Assembly (NCBI GenBank): GCA_963771795.1
Contig: CAVYUR010000001.1
Span: forward strand, 1,880 to 65,879
DNA: 64,000 nt
Direction of reading: 5' to 3'
From: an uncultured Chloroflexia bacterium
Lineage (GTDB): Bacteria; Chloroflexota; Limnocylindria; Limnocylindrales; CSP1-4
In this document: one piece after another, positions 28,317 to 38,658 of the stretch
Layout of the letters: every line of letters begins with the position of its first letter
How positions within the stretch are numbered: position 1 is the first letter of the stretch
Notes under the pieces: generated by a model
Told to the model about the DNA's origin: nothing
The model's input: only the letters and a program-made list of their open reading frames with translations
Database searches by the model: none
Position numbers and translations under genes: made by a program

Positions 28317-29231
28317 ATGGAAGCATCGCGGCGTCGGTTAGCCGGCCCGCCGACCTCGATCGATGTCTTCTCCAGGGAGCGCCAGGAGCACATCGTCCGG
28401 ATCGTCGAGGAGCAGGGTCGGGCCCGTGTCGCGGACCTCAGCCTCCGGCTACGCGTGTCGCAGCAGACGATTCGCAAGGATCTTGCGGCTCTCGCGACGC
28501 AAGGTCGCCTCATCAGGGCCCACGGCGGCGCAATAGCTGCCGGACGCAGCCAGCAGGAGCGCGCGTTTGACGTCCGTGAACGGCTGCAGCAGGACGAGAA
28601 GTCGGCGATCGGCCGAGCGGCGGCCGCGCTGATCGAAGACGGCCAGAGCATCGCGCTCGACGCCAGCACCACCTCGCTCTGTCTGGCCCGTGGCATCAAG
28701 GCAAGAGCGGGATGGACGCAGCTCACCGTCGTGACCAATGGCCTCCGGACGGCCTCCGAGCTGGCCGGCTATCCAGGGATCACCGTGGCGATGCCGGGCG
28801 GCCGGGTGCGCTGGGAGGCCCTGTCGCTGGTCGGCAGTATCGGGGAGGGCGTGTTCGAGCGAATCAACCTCCAGACCGCGTTCGTTGGTGCCGGTGGATT
28901 CACGATCGAGAACGGCCTCTCCGACATGACCGAGGAGGAAGCGCAGATCAAGCGGTCGATGACGGCGAACGCCCGCGAGATCGTCGCGCTCGTAGATCAC
29001 ACGAAGTGGGGATCGACCGCGTTCGCGACCTTTTGTCCGACGGACCAGATCGGCCGCGTCGTCACCGACGAGCTGGCGCCGCCCGAGATGGTTCGCGGCC
29101 TGCGCGAACGTGGCGTCGACGTGCTTGCTGTCGAACCCGACCCGCGGGCGAATCCGACCACGCCGGTCAGCAGAACGAGGAAGGAGGACGAACCGACCGT
29201 CATGAGCGATGCGACGACGCCCTCACGGTGA
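28317..29231 (+). CDS. DeoR-family transcriptional regulator
   Basis: ATG 28317. RQEHIVRIVEEQGRARVADLSLRLRVSQQTIRKDLAALATQGRLIRAHGGA plus sugar-binding C-terminal domain. Confidence 0.8.
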   Translation: MEASRRRLAGPPTSIDVFSRERQEHIVRIVEEQGRARVADLSLRLRVSQQTIRKDLAALATQGRLIRAHGGAIAAGRSQQERAFDVRERLQQDEKSAIGRAAAALIEDGQSIALDASTTSLCLARGIKARAGWTQLTVVTNGLRTASELAGYPGITVAMPGGRVRWEALSLVGSIGEGVFERINLQTAFVGAGGFTIENGLSDMTEEEAQIKRSMTANAREIVALVDHTKWGSTAFATFCPTDQIGRVVTDELAPPEMVRGLRERGVDVLAVEPDPRANPTTPVSRTRKEDEPTVMSDATTPSR

Positions 29232-29319
29232 GTGGTCCGGCGCCTCGCTGACCTTGGCGAAACCATCTCGCGCCGCGCTGAGATCGCGTCGCGGCGGACT
29301 CGCGAATGAGGAGGAGCAC

Positions 29320-30684
29320 ATGGATCCGACACGAATGATGCGAGCAGTCGCCCTCGCCGCGGTGACCATGTTGGTCGTGACGGCGTGCAGCGGCGGGGGA
29401 CAGGCGACGGGATCGCCGAGCGGTTCCGCCAGCTCGGCGGCGCCCAGCGCGGAGCCCAGCGCGAGCCCCGCGGCGGAGCCGGTCACCCTCACGTACCTCG
29501 TGGACACGACCGAGGCCACCGTTGCACGTGCGGAGGGGCTCGCGAACGCGTTCACCGCGAAGAACCCCAACATCACGATCGAGATCGAGACCCGACCGCA
29601 GGGAGCCGAGGGCGACAACATCGTCAAGACTCGCCTGTCGACCGGCTCGATGACCGACATCTTCTGGTACAACTCGGGCTCGCTGTTCCAGGCGCTCAAC
29701 CCGACCGAGACGCTCGTCGACCTGTCGGGCGAGCCGTTCATCGCCAACATGGCCGATTCCTTCGTCGTGACGGTGACGGCGGGCGAAGGCGTCTACGGCG
29801 TCCCGTCCGAGACCGCGATGGGGGGCGGCATCCTCTACAACAAGAAGGTCTTCGCGGACAACGGCATCCAGGTTCCCAAGACGTGGGCGGAGTTCGCCTC
29901 GAACAACGACAAGCTGAAGGCGGCGGGGATCGCTCCCATCGGCGCCACGTACGGGGCAGACAGCACCTGGACCTCGCAGCTTTTCGTCCTCGCCGACTAC
30001 TACAACGTGCAGGCTGCCGTCCCTGACTTCGCCGAGAAGTACACGGCCAATCAGGTCCACTATTCGGATACGCCGGCGGCCCTCGCAGGCTTCAAGCGCC
30101 TCCAGGAGGCATTCGACAAGGGTTGGTACCAGGAGGACTTCGGTGCCGCCACGTACGCTGATGGCCTCACGATGCTCGCGGCTGGCGAGATCGCCCAGTA
30201 CCCGATGCTGACCTTCGCTCTCTCCGAGATCGCGAATGCATCGGCCGAAGACGCCCAGAACATCGGGTTCTTCGGGCAGCCGGGCGACTCAGGGACGCCG
30301 GGCGCAACCATCTGGATGCCGGCCGCCACCTACATCGCCAAGACGACCACGCATCCTGACGAGGCGAAGGCGTTCCTCGCGTTCATCGCGTCCGTCGAGG
30401 GCACCGAGGCCCTGACGGCTGCCATCCCGCCGGCCGGTCCATACGTCATCGACGGAGCCTCCCTGCCGGCCGACGTCCTGCCAGCCGTCAATGACATCAA
30501 GGCGTACATCGACAGCGGCGCGTCCGCGCCGGCGCTCGAATTCCTCTCGCCGGTCAAGGGGCCGGCCCTCGAACAGATCACAGTCGCGATCGGGTCGGGG
30601 ATCAACACCGCCGAAGAGGGCGCTGCCCTCTACGACCAGGACGTCGAGAAGGCGGCCAAGCAGCTGGGTCTCCCCGGCTGGTGA
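29320..30684 (+). CDS. ABC sugar transporter substrate-binding lipoprotein (CUT1-type)
   Basis: ATG 29320 with GAGGAGG upstream. Signal/lipobox MLVVTAC. Confidence 0.85.
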   Translation: MDPTRMMRAVALAAVTMLVVTACSGGGQATGSPSGSASSAAPSAEPSASPAAEPVTLTYLVDTTEATVARAEGLANAFTAKNPNITIEIETRPQGAEGDNIVKTRLSTGSMTDIFWYNSGSLFQALNPTETLVDLSGEPFIANMADSFVVTVTAGEGVYGVPSETAMGGGILYNKKVFADNGIQVPKTWAEFASNNDKLKAAGIAPIGATYGADSTWTSQLFVLADYYNVQAAVPDFAEKYTANQVHYSDTPAALAGFKRLQEAFDKGWYQEDFGAATYADGLTMLAAGEIAQYPMLTFALSEIANASAEDAQNIGFFGQPGDSGTPGATIWMPAATYIAKTTTHPDEAKAFLAFIASVEGTEALTAAIPPAGPYVIDGASLPADVLPAVNDIKAYIDSGASAPALEFLSPVKGPALEQITVAIGSGINTAEEGAALYDQDVEKAAKQLGLPGW

Positions 30685-31652
30685 ACAGGAGCCTGGGCCT
30701 TCGGCGCCAGGCCAGCGAGCGCGAGGCCGGCCGCTTGCGGCCGGCCTCGGCCGTCGATCCGAACGCGTCCCGCGGCCCGGCGAGCGTCCCCCGGTCGTCG
30801 ACTGACCAGGTGTACTCCCGCTTGTTCTACGTTCCCGCGGTGATCGTCTTCATTGTCATTTTCGTCATCCCTACGGTCGCGGCGTTCTACTTCAGCCTCA
30901 CGCGGTGGACGCTGTTCAATTCGACGTTCATCGGGCTCGAGAACTTCCGCCAGTTCTTCCGAGAGCCGGCGCTGACGATGGGCCTTCGAAATACCGTCGT
31001 CTACGCGGTGGTGACGAGCGCTCTCAAGGTCATCCTTGGGTTGCTGCTGGCGGCCCTGCTCACCTCGCGGCTCCGTCTGCGGCACGTGCTCAGGTCGATC
31101 ATCTTCTTCCCGGTGCTCGTCAGCACGGTCGCCGTTGGGATCACGTTCGCCGTTCTGATGCACCCGTCCAACGGACTCATCAACCGCGCCCTCGAGGTCG
31201 TCGGGATCGACGGACCGTCATGGCTCATCGACACCGACATCGCGCTGCTGTCGGTGGCCCTCGTCGACGTGTGGCGCGGCGTCGGCATCGCACTCGTCAT
31301 CTTCATCGCGGCGATCCTGTCTATCCCCGATGAGTACAACGACGCCGTCAAGCTCGAAGGCGGCGTCTGGGCGCGGTTCCGGCACGTCACCGTCCCACTG
31401 AGCCGCAACGCCACCCACACGGTGATCCTGCTCTCGTTCATCAGTGGACTGCGGACGTTCGACCTGATCTGGACGATGACGCGCGGCGGGCCCGGCTTCA
31501 CCACGGACGTGATCACGTCGACGATCTACAAGCAGTATCAGGCCGGCTTCTACGGGCTGGCCACCGCGGGCAACGTCATCCTGTTCATCGGCGTGACGTT
31601 GATCGTCTATCCGCTCCTGCGGTACTTCTCACGACGAGAGATCGACCTGTGA
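30681..31652 (+). CDS. ABC sugar transporter permease (MalF/UgpA-like)
   Basis: GTGA overlap with SBP stop; 6-TM pattern; EAA-like loop YNDAVKLEGGVWARFRHVTVPL. Confidence 0.85.
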   Translation: MNRSLGLRRQASEREAGRLRPASAVDPNASRGPASVPRSSTDQVYSRLFYVPAVIVFIVIFVIPTVAAFYFSLTRWTLFNSTFIGLENFRQFFREPALTMGLRNTVVYAVVTSALKVILGLLLAALLTSRLRLRHVLRSIIFFPVLVSTVAVGITFAVLMHPSNGLINRALEVVGIDGPSWLIDTDIALLSVALVDVWRGVGIALVIFIAAILSIPDEYNDAVKLEGGVWARFRHVTVPLSRNATHTVILLSFISGLRTFDLIWTMTRGGPGFTTDVITSTIYKQYQAGFYGLATAGNVILFIGVTLIVYPLLRYFSRREIDL

Positions 31653-32485
31653 GCCTCGTTCGACTGGTTCGCAGGGGCTGGCTCGATGTCGTCGCACTCC
31701 TGGTCGCGATCATCGTGTTCGTCGTCCCGTTCATGTTCATCGTGGTAACGGCCGGAAAGGACCGACTGGAGGCATCGCAGCTCGACTTCACTTTGCCGAC
31801 GGCGTGGCAGCTCCTCGAGAATTTCCAGGAGGTCATCGGGACGCGCAACAATCTGATGCTGACGGCGATGCGGAACAGCCTCGTCCTGACGGTCGCGTCC
31901 GTCACCTTGATCGTCCTGTTGTCGGCGATGGTGGGCTTCGTCCTCCATCGGCGGCGCGACCGGGTCGGCTCACTTGTCAGCGCTCTCATGCTCGCGGGCC
32001 TCATCATCCCGCCGGCGATCGTGCCCACGATCTACGTGCTCCAGGCCATCGGCCTGTTCAAGACCCTCCTCGGGCTGATCCTCGTAGAAACCGCGTTCCT
32101 GATGCCGTTCGCCGTGATCATCTTCAGGACGTTCATGACGGCGATCCCGCGGGAGCTCGATGAGGCCGCCATGATCGACGGTGCGTCGTCCCGGACGATC
32201 TTCTTTCGGATCGTCCTCCCCCTCCTGCGGCCGGCTGTCATCACGGTGATCGTCGTGTCGTCGATCGCGGTCTACAACGACTTCGTCAACCCGCTCTACT
32301 TCCTGCCCGGCAACGACAACGCGACGGCCCAGCTGACGCTCTTCACGTTCCAGAGCCAGTTCAACACGCGGTGGAACCTCCTCTTCGCCGACGTTCTGCT
32401 GATCACGATCCCCCCGCTGATCATGTTCATCTTCTTCCAGCGCCAGATCGTCTCGGGCATGGCCGCGGGTGCGGTCAAGGGGTGA
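31649..32485 (+). CDS. ABC sugar transporter permease (MalG/UgpE-like)
   Basis: GTGA overlap; EAA loop ELDEAAMIDGASSRTIFFRIVLPL. Confidence 0.85.
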   Translation: MSLVRLVRRGWLDVVALLVAIIVFVVPFMFIVVTAGKDRLEASQLDFTLPTAWQLLENFQEVIGTRNNLMLTAMRNSLVLTVASVTLIVLLSAMVGFVLHRRRDRVGSLVSALMLAGLIIPPAIVPTIYVLQAIGLFKTLLGLILVETAFLMPFAVIIFRTFMTAIPRELDEAAMIDGASSRTIFFRIVLPLLRPAVITVIVVSSIAVYNDFVNPLYFLPGNDNATAQLTLFTFQSQFNTRWNLLFADVLLITIPPLIMFIFFQRQIVSGMAAGAVKG

Positions 32486-35196
32486 GGACTCTCGACGGAT
32501 CCAGTCGGCCGACCCGTCTCCCCGAGGTCGTCGAGTTGCGTTCACAGCTCCCGGCCGGAGTCCTGGCCGTCGGAGAGGACCCGTTGCGGCTCACGTGGCG
32601 CGTGTCAGCTGCCATGGGGGACGAGCAGCTCGCGTACGAGATCGAGACATCGGAGCACCTTGGATTCACCGTCGTGTCGGCTACGTCAGGCATCGTTGAA
32701 AGCGCTGACCAGGTAGCGGTTGCCGCACCCGGCGATCCCATGCGGAGCCGGGAAGTCCGATACCTCCGGGTCCGGATCTCGACGGCGGCCGGCTGGTCCG
32801 TTTGGGGCCCTGTCCTTCGCGCCGAGTCGGGTCTCTTGAAGGCCAGTGATTGGGAGGCCCAGGCGATCACCCTCCCGGACGATCCCGGCGCGGAGCGCCA
32901 GTCGCCATCACCGATCCTGCGGCGGGCGTTCGAGCTCCCGGCCGAAGCCGTCAGCGCGAGGTTGTACGTCACCGCCCTCGGCCTCTACAGGGTGACGATC
33001 AACGGTCGATCCGTTTCCGAGGACCTGCTCGCCCCAGGTTGGACGACGTACCGGCATCGCCTGCTCGCCGACACGTACGACGTCACGTCCTTGCTCCAGG
33101 TCGGTCCCAACGTGATCTGCGGCGTCCTCGGCGATGGCTGGTACCGCGGCCGTCTGGGGTGGGATCGGAAGGGCGACCGCTGCCGCTACGGCCGCGAGGT
33201 CGCCATCCTGGGTCAGCTGGAGATTGAGTTAGCGGACGGCACGACGCAGCGAATTGCCACGGACTCGTCGTGGCGCGCGTCAACTGGAGAGATCCGATCG
33301 GCGGACCTCTATGACGGCTCAGAAATCGACTTCCGTGAGCGCCGAACCGGATGGGAGCTACCTGACTTTGATGCCGGTGACTGGTCTCCGGTGTCGACGG
33401 TTCCGCTCGACGCAGCGCTGATCGAGCCGCGGCTGGCCCCGCCGGTCCGCACCGTGGAGGTCCTGCCCGTCAACCTTGGCCCAGCCCAGGACGGATGTTT
33501 AATTCTTGACGGGGGCCAGAACATCGCCGGTTTCGTTCGGCTTCGCGTCCGTGGCCGACGCGGCGACCAGGTTACCGTCAGGCACGCGGAAATCCTCGAG
33601 CCCGACGGTTCACTCCACACGCGATCGCTGCGATCCGCAAAGGCGACCGACGTCTACCTGCTCGCGGATGACGCGGAGATCGTGCTCGAGCCGGTGTTCA
33701 CGTTCCACGGATTTCGGTACGCTGAGGTGACAACGGAGGCCGAGATACTCGAGGCGCTGTTCGTCGCGATCAGCAGCGACACGCCGCGCCGTGGCGACTT
33801 CGACTGTTCGAATACCGGCCTCAACCGCCTGCACGAGAACGTCGTCTGGTCGCAGCGCGACAATTTCGTATCCGTGCCGACCGACTGTCCCCAGCGCGAC
33901 GAACGGCTCGGGTGGACGGGCGACGCCCAGGCGTTCGCCCCGACCGCCTCCACCCTGTTTGAATCGTCAGCGTTCTGGGCGAGCTGGTTGCGAGACCTCG
34001 CGCTCGATCAGCACGATGAGCTTGGCGTCTCCACGGTTGTGCCGGACGTCGTTCTCAGCGGCGAACCCAGGTACGGGCGCGCTGGCTGGGCAGATGCCGC
34101 GACGATCGTGCCCTGGGCAGTCTACGAGGCAGACGGCGATCCCGACATCCTCCGCCGCCAACTCCCAAGCATGAAGCACTGGGTGGACTCGCTTCGCGGG
34201 AGACAGCAACCCGACAGTCTACTGGGCGCCTCGATGCAGTTCGGTGACTGGCTCGACCCTGACGCGCCGCCCGGCAGGCCTTGGGAGGCGAAGACAGATT
34301 CCGTCTTCCTCTCGAACGCGTTCTTCGCTCAGAGTGCCCGTCTCCTTGCGGATGCGGCGGCGGTGCTCGAGGAGCGGAACCTGGAAACGGAGTACCGGGC
34401 GGTGGCGGATCGGGTGGCGGCGGCGACATGGGCCCGTTGGGGTGACCACGCGATCACGACGCAGACCGGATGTGCCGTCGTACTCCAGTTCGACCTGGCT
34501 CCGCCGTCTCAGGCGAACGCGGTTGCACGGTCCCTAGCGGAACTCGTCCGGACGCAGGCCGGGCGAGTTGCCACGGGCTTCCTCGGCACGCCATTGGTGT
34601 TGCCAGCTCTCGCCGGCAGGGGATGCTTCGACGAGGCCTACCTGATGCTCTTGCGTCGAGAGCTGCCGTCGTGGCTCTACCAGGTCGATCAGGGCGCGAC
34701 CACGATCTGGGAGCGCTGGGACGCGATCCAACCGGACGGCTCGATCCACCCGGGCACCATGACAACCCCGCAGGACATGCCCGAGTCCGAGCCCGGCAAC
34801 GCGCACATGCTCTCGTTCAACCACTACGCCTACGGCGCGGTCATCGACTGGGTCTACCGGCACGTCGCGGGCCTTGCGCCCGTTCGCGAACGGCCGGGCT
34901 ACCGCGAGGTCCTCTTCGCGCCCAAGCCTGCCGTCGGGATCGATTGGGCCCGGGCCTCCGTCGCGTCGGCCTACGGATCCGTGTCGATCGCGTGGCGGAT
35001 CGAGCCAAGCGGGGACCTTGCCGCTGATGTCGAGCTGCCGTTCGGGACATCAGGGTTGTTCGTCGCGCCGACCACGCGCGAGTCCCACGTCGAAGTCGAT
35101 GGCGAGCTCAGCGTCGGCGACGCCCGTCTCGGCCACGGCAGTCACGTCCTGCGCGTCACCAAGCCGCGGATCGCGCGCGCAGCCGCCGCGTCCTAG
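32482..35196 (+). CDS. Alpha-L-rhamnosidase (GH78)
   Basis: GTG 32482 overlaps the permease stop (GTGA). LYVTALGLYRVTINGRSV...APGWTTY, FVSVPTDCPQRDERLGWTGD. Confidence 0.85.
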   Translation: MRTLDGSSRPTRLPEVVELRSQLPAGVLAVGEDPLRLTWRVSAAMGDEQLAYEIETSEHLGFTVVSATSGIVESADQVAVAAPGDPMRSREVRYLRVRISTAAGWSVWGPVLRAESGLLKASDWEAQAITLPDDPGAERQSPSPILRRAFELPAEAVSARLYVTALGLYRVTINGRSVSEDLLAPGWTTYRHRLLADTYDVTSLLQVGPNVICGVLGDGWYRGRLGWDRKGDRCRYGREVAILGQLEIELADGTTQRIATDSSWRASTGEIRSADLYDGSEIDFRERRTGWELPDFDAGDWSPVSTVPLDAALIEPRLAPPVRTVEVLPVNLGPAQDGCLILDGGQNIAGFVRLRVRGRRGDQVTVRHAEILEPDGSLHTRSLRSAKATDVYLLADDAEIVLEPVFTFHGFRYAEVTTEAEILEALFVAISSDTPRRGDFDCSNTGLNRLHENVVWSQRDNFVSVPTDCPQRDERLGWTGDAQAFAPTASTLFESSAFWASWLRDLALDQHDELGVSTVVPDVVLSGEPRYGRAGWADAATIVPWAVYEADGDPDILRRQLPSMKHWVDSLRGRQQPDSLLGASMQFGDWLDPDAPPGRPWEAKTDSVFLSNAFFAQSARLLADAAAVLEERNLETEYRAVADRVAAATWARWGDHAITTQTGCAVVLQFDLAPPSQANAVARSLAELVRTQAGRVATGFLGTPLVLPALAGRGCFDEAYLMLLRRELPSWLYQVDQGATTIWERWDAIQPDGSIHPGTMTTPQDMPESEPGNAHMLSFNHYAYGAVIDWVYRHVAGLAPVRERPGYREVLFAPKPAVGIDWARASVASAYGSVSIAWRIEPSGDLAADVELPFGTSGLFVAPTTRESHVEVDGELSVGDARLGHGSHVLRVTKPRIARAAAAS

Positions 35197-35385
35197 AAAC
35201 CCCCGCGGCGGTCGGGAAACCGAACTCGCGATCGCGACGTACCCGAAGCAGGGCGCTGGGTGGGCGCCCCGCCCCAGATCGCCGCACGGCCCCAGCCTTG
35301 CCGCTCCACCCGAATCGAACGCCGAAAGGAGGCTCGACGACCCCTCAATCCATGCCCCCCAATCGGATCACAGAGGGAGACACCG

Positions 35386-35877
35386 ATGAGACGACTACTC
35401 TTCCTGTTTGCCGGAGCCGGCCTGGCTCTGGCGGTACTCGCGCCGGTCGTGGCCAGCGGCGGCGACCGCAAGTTCGAGGCCTCGCTCAACGGATATGCCG
35501 AGACCCCGTCGATCTCAACGGCCGGGTCCGGCTCGTTCAAGCTTCGTGTCCATGACAATTCGATCGACTTCCGCCTGAGCTATCGGAACCTGACGGACCC
35601 GCCGGCGGTTGCGCACATCCACTTCGGCCGGCCCGATGTCGCCGGCGGCGTTTCGGTCTTCCTGTGCGGCGGTGGAGGCCGGCCGGCCTGCCCGGCGTCC
35701 GGGACCGTAACCGGGACGATCGTGGCCGCCAATGTGGTCGGTCCGGCCGGGCAGGGAATCGCCGCAAACGAGTTCGCAGAGCTCGTGCGGGCGATCCGCA
35801 ACGGCGCAACCTATGTGAACGTCCACACGCCGACGTTCCCGAACGGCGAGATCCGCGGCAACATCCGCAACGACTGA
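35386..35877 (+). CDS. Secreted CHRD-domain protein
   Basis: ATG 35386 with AGAGGGAGA upstream; signal peptide; AHIHFGRPDVAGGV...YVNVHTPTFPNGEIRG. Confidence 0.75.
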   Translation: MRRLLFLFAGAGLALAVLAPVVASGGDRKFEASLNGYAETPSISTAGSGSFKLRVHDNSIDFRLSYRNLTDPPAVAHIHFGRPDVAGGVSVFLCGGGGRPACPASGTVTGTIVAANVVGPAGQGIAANEFAELVRAIRNGATYVNVHTPTFPNGEIRGNIRND

Positions 35878-36036
35878 CCGATCAGTCGGGGGAGCCCGCG
35901 AGTTCCCGAACACCTCGATGCCTGGTGGTTTGTCCGAGGTCCTGGAACTGACCTTCCACGGACCTCGTGACACCACCGGGCCATTTGGCTCGCCGAGATC
36001 CATCGCTCTCTCCGGGCGCGGTACCCTCTGGTCGCT

Positions 36037-36996
36037 GTGTCAAATTCCACCGTCCAGGTCGGGGAATCGGGTGCTCCACGGCGCGTGACCACGGACCGCA
36101 GCGACTGGCGGGCGATCCTCGCTGACGTCGCGGTCGTCACCGTCACGCCGTTCTCGGGCGACAGGCTCGAGGCCGTCGACCACCGCGCGATGGAGCAGAA
36201 CCTCGAGCACCTGGTCGGTGGCGGCATCCGGCTGCTCGTTGCCGGCGGCAATACGGGCGAGTTCGCGGCCCTTTCGGGGGGCGAGGTCGTCGAGATCGTA
36301 ACGACCCACGTCCGGGCGGCCCGCGGAGTCGCGAGGGTGATCGCCGGGGTCGGCTATCGGCCCGACGATGCCGTCCGCATCGGGCGCGCTTCGATGGTCT
36401 CCGGCGCCGACGGCCTCATGGTCCACCACGCGATCCATCCCTACACGAGCGAGCCCGGCCTCATCCGCTACTACGATGCCCTCGCGGAGGCGCTGCCTGG
36501 CGTTCCGCTGATCCTGTACGTCCGCGGCCCCCAGCTGTCGGCCGATGGCGTCCGTCGGCTGGCCCAGGTCGAGTCGATCGTCGGCATCAAGATGGGCCAC
36601 GCAGATCCGGAGCGATTCGCCGGATTCGTCGCGGCGGCGCCTGACCTCGCGTGGGTCTGTGGCGTCGCCGAGGGCTGGGCGGTTCCGTTCTGGGCCGGCG
36701 GCGCGATCGGCTTCACGTCGGGCATCGCCAACGTCGCTCCGGAGCGCTCGCTCGAGGTCCTCGGCGCACTCAAGGCCGGCGACATCGCCCGTGCGGAAGA
36801 ACTCGTCGACCGCCTTCGTCCGATCGAGAAGCTTCGGGCAGCTCGCGGCGACGCCAACAATGTCGCCGTGATCAAGGCCGCGATGGACATGGTCGGCCTC
36901 GTCGGCGGCGGTCTGCGCCCGCCGCTCTCGGAACTGGAACCCGGCGATCGCGCCGAGCTCGTCCAGATCCTTACGAACATGGAGCTGCTGCCATGA
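36037..36996 (+). CDS. Dihydrodipicolinate synthase/N-acetylneuraminate lyase-family aldolase
   Basis: TPF...GGNTGEF... class I aldolase pattern, 319 aa; substrate not assignable. Confidence 0.7.
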   Translation: MSNSTVQVGESGAPRRVTTDRSDWRAILADVAVVTVTPFSGDRLEAVDHRAMEQNLEHLVGGGIRLLVAGGNTGEFAALSGGEVVEIVTTHVRAARGVARVIAGVGYRPDDAVRIGRASMVSGADGLMVHHAIHPYTSEPGLIRYYDALAEALPGVPLILYVRGPQLSADGVRRLAQVESIVGIKMGHADPERFAGFVAAAPDLAWVCGVAEGWAVPFWAGGAIGFTSGIANVAPERSLEVLGALKAGDIARAEELVDRLRPIEKLRAARGDANNVAVIKAAMDMVGLVGGGLRPPLSELEPGDRAELVQILTNMELLP

Positions 36997-37403
36997 CCGT
37001 CGAAGGCATTGGTGTGCGTCGCCTGCAGCACGTTAGCCTGCCGATCCCCGACGACCCTGGGTCCCTCGAGTCGGCGCGCCGCTTCTATGGCGAGATCCTG
37101 GGGCTCGACGAACGCTCCCGGCCACCGCTCCTCCCCGGGGTCGGGATCTGGTACACGGCCGGGCCCGACGACCTGGAACTGCACCTGTTCAGCGAGCCAT
37201 CCGGCGTGGCGGCGAACCCTGAATCGCGGCGCCATCCGTGCTTCCAGGTCGACGACGTCGACAGGCTCCGGGCGCACCTCGTCGCGGCAGGCATCACGAC
37301 GCGCGACGATGACGGCGAGATTCCCGGGCGGCCACGCTTCTTTGCGGTCGACCCGTTCGACAACACCCTGGAGTTCGTCCAGTTCGACGCCGACCATTGG
37401 TAG
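36993..37403 (+). CDS. VOC/glyoxalase-family protein
   Basis: ATGA overlap with upstream stop. LQHVSLPIPDDPGSLESARRFYGEILGL. Confidence 0.75.
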   Translation: MTVEGIGVRRLQHVSLPIPDDPGSLESARRFYGEILGLDERSRPPLLPGVGIWYTAGPDDLELHLFSEPSGVAANPESRRHPCFQVDDVDRLRAHLVAAGITTRDDDGEIPGRPRFFAVDPFDNTLEFVQFDADHW

Positions 37404-37410
37404 TCCGGCG

Positions 37411-38578
37411 ATGAAGGCCCTCCGCCTCGAGGCGGACTGGGATCCGCGGCCCGAGGCCCTTGCGACGCTGGATCCCGCTGATGCTACGGGCCGGCTCGCA
37501 CGCCGCGGAAACCAGGTGTGGCGCAACCCCCGGATCACGCTCGCCACCGTGTCCGATCCCGAGCCCGGCCCGGACGAGGTGGTCATCCGGGTTCGCGCTT
37601 GCGGGATCTGCGGCTCGGATTTCCACTTCGTCGAGACCGACGCCGACGGCTACATGCTCTACCCGGGGCTCGTCCGCGCGCCCGTCGTCACCGGCCACGA
37701 GTTCGCTGGCGTGGTCGAAGCCGTCGGCTCAGCGGTCAGTGACTTCGCGCCCGGGCGACCTCGTCTGCGCCGAGGAGATCGCCTGGTGCGGGGACTGCCT
37801 CGCCTGCCGGGCTGGCAGGCCGAACAACTGCACCCGCATCGAGGAACTGGGCTTCAGCTTCGACGGCGCGCACGCCGAATATGTCGTCGCCCGGGCACGC
37901 TACTGCTGGTCGCTCGCGCCGCTGCTCGAGGCCGGGGTGCCAGCGGAGAAGATCTTCCAGCTCGGGGCTCTCGTCGAGCCGACCGGTGTCGCCTACGTCG
38001 CGATGTTCGTGAGTGCCGGCGGGTTCATGCCCGGCTCATCGGTCGGCGTCGTTGGCGCGGGGCCGATCGGACTGGCGGCCATCGCCCTGGCGCGGGCCGC
38101 CGGCGCGGGCAGGATCGTAGCCTTCGAGATCGCCGAGGGCCGCCGGGAGCTCGCCTCGGCTGTCGGGGCCGACCAGGTGCTCGATCCGCGGGCCCTCGGC
38201 GAGGATGGGATCGCGACCGCGGCCCGCGAGCTGTCGCACGGCCGCGGCATCGACGTGTGGGTCGAGGCCAGCGGCGCCGCGGGCGTGACCGAGATGATGG
38301 CCGCCTCGCTCGCGCCCGCCGGCAAGCTCGTCCTTGTCGGGCGGGGTCCGCACGCGATCGGCCTCGACCCGGAGTGGCTCATCGTGCGAGGAGCGGCGAT
38401 CCACGGCTCGATCGGGCACTCGGGGTCGGGCACGTTCGGCCACGTCATCGACCTGATGGCGGCGGGCCGGCTCGACATGACCCGGATCGTCAGCGCGACC
38501 GTCGACCTCGAGGGCGGGGCGCGGCTGCTCGACGGCACGCCGCATCGCGAGCCGGGAAAGGTGCTCGTCGTTCCCTAG
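37411..38578 (+). pseudogene. Zn-dependent (MDR) alcohol-dehydrogenase-family gene interrupted by a 1-nt frameshift
   Basis: First ~113 codons (MKALRLE...CGICGSDFH...GHEFAGVVEAVGSAVSDFAPG) are in the frame of 37411. The remainder (GDLVCAEEIAWCGDCLACRAG...VVGAGPIGLAA...KVLVVP*) is in the frame of ORF 37460..38578. The switch falls in the CCCGGG run 37750-37755. Confidence 0.8.
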
Positions 38579-38658
38579 CCCTGCTCCGATGAGTTGACGG
38601 GACTTGCGGAGTCTTTACTTCAACGGCCGATCCGCGGCCCATTTGAGGAGGAATTCAC

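Noticed and set aside
37009-37410. 5' part of the 527-aa ORF 37009..38592
   Set aside because: It overlaps the VOC gene 36993..37403 in another frame and reads as nonsense. The real dehydrogenase begins at ATG 37411. The part of this ORF after about 37755 is the out-of-frame continuation created by the frameshift.
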